From contig CAYWZC010000003.1 in the NCBI GenBank assembly GCA_964462745.1, positions 1 through 40,000 on the forward strand: a stretch of 40,000 nt of DNA. The letters are read 5' to 3'. The notes under the pieces are model-generated. The model saw only the letters and a list, made by a program, of their open reading frames with translations, ran no database searches and was not told where the DNA came from. Positions 38,744 to 40,000 of the stretch are shown here, piece by piece (positions within the stretch are counted from its first letter, which is position 1; every line of letters starts with the position of its first letter). The translations under genes and the position numbers were made by a program. This DNA is from an uncultured Rhodanobacteraceae bacterium. Lineage in GTDB: Bacteria > Pseudomonadota > Gammaproteobacteria > Xanthomonadales > Rhodanobacteraceae.

Positions 38744-40000
38744 ATGCGTACCTGCCTGCTGTGCTGCGCCCTGCTCGTTTGCGGAACCGCGTTCGCGCGC
38801 GAGACGCCGGTCGCCGATACCGCGTTGTTCGAGCCGATGGACGTGTTCCAGTTGCAGTGGGCGGATGATCCGGAGATATCCCCGGATGGCGAGCACGTCG
38901 TGTACCAGCGCTACTGGTTCGACGTGATGAAGGACCGCAAGCGCAGCAACCTGTGGATCGTCGACACCGACGGCAACGGGCACCGGCCACTGACCGGCGG
39001 TTCGGCCAACGACGGTGGTGCGACCTGGTCGCCCGACGGCAAGCGCCTCGCTTGGGTCGCGAGCGAGGACGGCAAGGCGCAGATCTTCGTGCGCTGGATG
39101 GCGTCGGGCGAATCCGCCGCAATCACCCATCTGACCGAGGCGCCGCGTAGCCTTGCATGGTCACCGGACGGCCAATGGATCGCGTTCACGATGCGCGTGC
39201 CGGCCGATCCCGCCTCGCTCGCGCAGATGCCGAAGGCACCGAAGGGTGCCGAATGGGCGCCGCCGGCGAAACTCATCGACCGGGTCATCTACCGCATCGA
39301 TGGCGGCGGCTACGTCGATCCCGGCTACACCCACGTATTCGTGGTCGCGGCCGACGGCGGCGCGCCGCGCCAGATCACCCGCGGCAAGCACAATTACATG
39401 GGCACTCCGGCGTGGACCCGCGACAGCCGTGCGCTGATCGTCGCGACCAACCTCGACGAAAATTGGGAGTACGAAGCGCTGGAGAGCGACCTGTATCGCG
39501 TCGATGTCGCATCCGGCGCGGCAACCCGGCTGACCGAACGCAAGGGACCGGACCAGGATCCGCAGGTCTCGCCGGATGGCAAGCGTCTCGCCTGGCTCGG
39601 CTTCGACGACAGCGGCAAGCCGTACCAGGCTTCGCACCTGTACGTGCTCGACCTCGCGAGCGGCGAGCCGCGCAACCTGACCGGCGATTTCGACTTCGAC
39701 ATCGAGCAACCCGGCTGGGACGGCAATCGCGGCCTGTATTTCCATTACGACGACGCCGGCACGACGCGGATCGGCTGGATTTCCGCGGATGGCGGTGAAG
39801 TCCGGCAGGTGGCCGACGATTTCGGTGGCACCGCGATGGGGCGGCCCTACGGTGGCGGATCGATGTCGGTTGCAGCGGGACGCGTCGCCTATACGCGCGG
39901 CACCGCCTTGCGCCCGGCCGATGTCGCCGTCGTCGCGCGCGGCAGCGACGCGCGGGTACTGACCGACCTCAACGCGAACCTGCTCGGCCATACCCGACTC
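38744..40000 (+). CDS. Host S9-family serine peptidase (prolyl oligopeptidase/acylaminoacyl-peptidase-like), N-terminal beta-propeller part, 3' end outside the window
   Basis: My translation from ATG 38744 stays open for 419 codons to the window end. Signal peptide MRTCLLCCALLVCGTAFA. Repeated SPDG blades (ISPDGEHV, WSPDGKRLAW, WSPDGQWIAF, VSPDGKRLAW). Absent from the ORF track because it has no stop in the window. Confidence 0.8.
   Translation, partial: MRTCLLCCALLVCGTAFARETPVADTALFEPMDVFQLQWADDPEISPDGEHVVYQRYWFDVMKDRKRSNLWIVDTDGNGHRPLTGGSANDGGATWSPDGKRLAWVASEDGKAQIFVRWMASGESAAITHLTEAPRSLAWSPDGQWIAFTMRVPADPASLAQMPKAPKGAEWAPPAKLIDRVIYRIDGGGYVDPGYTHVFVVAADGGAPRQITRGKHNYMGTPAWTRDSRALIVATNLDENWEYEALESDLYRVDVASGAATRLTERKGPDQDPQVSPDGKRLAWLGFDDSGKPYQASHLYVLDLASGEPRNLTGDFDFDIEQPGWDGNRGLYFHYDDAGTTRIGWISADGGEVRQVADDFGGTAMGRPYGGGSMSVAAGRVAYTRGTALRPADVAVVARGSDARVLTDLNANLLGHTRL

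Noticed and set aside
38556-39991. Minus-strand ORFs 38556-39122, 38681-39130, 38911-39288 and 39161-39991, and plus-strand ORFs 39153-39798.
   Set aside because: They are antisense or out of frame relative to the S9 peptidase reading frame, which is open to the window end and shows repeated WSPDG propeller motifs.

Overview
High-GC proteobacterial DNA. Positions 1-38577 are the right ~38.6 kb of a Mu-like transposable prophage whose left end lies beyond the window start. Positions 38578-40000 are host DNA: a heptamer microsatellite and the 5' part of an S9-family peptidase gene. The early/transposition genes run leftward on the minus strand: Ner-like HTH, CII-like HTH, wHTH, DUF3102-like, DDE transposase, MuB-like ATPase, small ORFs, Gam-like and MazG-like. 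A second Ner-like (repressor-like) gene runs rightward on the plus strand, followed by accessory genes, a lysis cassette (holin, SAR lytic transglycosylase, spanins), Mu gp27/gp28-like terminase, portal, Mu F-like protein, a protease/scaffold-capsid fusion, connectors, a siphovirus-type tail (tube, G/GT chaperones with a -1 frameshift site, 1678-aa tape measure, tip proteins) and an orphan Dam-type methyltransferase. As I recall, this divergent layout resembles B3/BcepMu rather than Mu itself. The prophage ends in a Mu R1-like sequence (...GCGCGCCGCATCA). The most interesting content is accessory: (i) a low-GC RexA/RexB-like pair downstream of the repressor-like gene; (ii) a self-contained moron with a SLATT/DUF4231-like 2-TM protein at the head-module site where Pseudomonas Mu-like phages carry anti-CRISPR loci; (iii) a Mu F protein with a linker-separated C-terminal DUF4258-like domain plus an overlapping small ORF, a possible toxin/immunity pair; (iv) a 22-bp motif shared by both accessory loci, just upstream of the lysis and head-maturation genes. 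All family calls come from motif and architecture recognition by eye, with no database search run. Many long ORFs in the supplied track are high-GC shadow ORFs.
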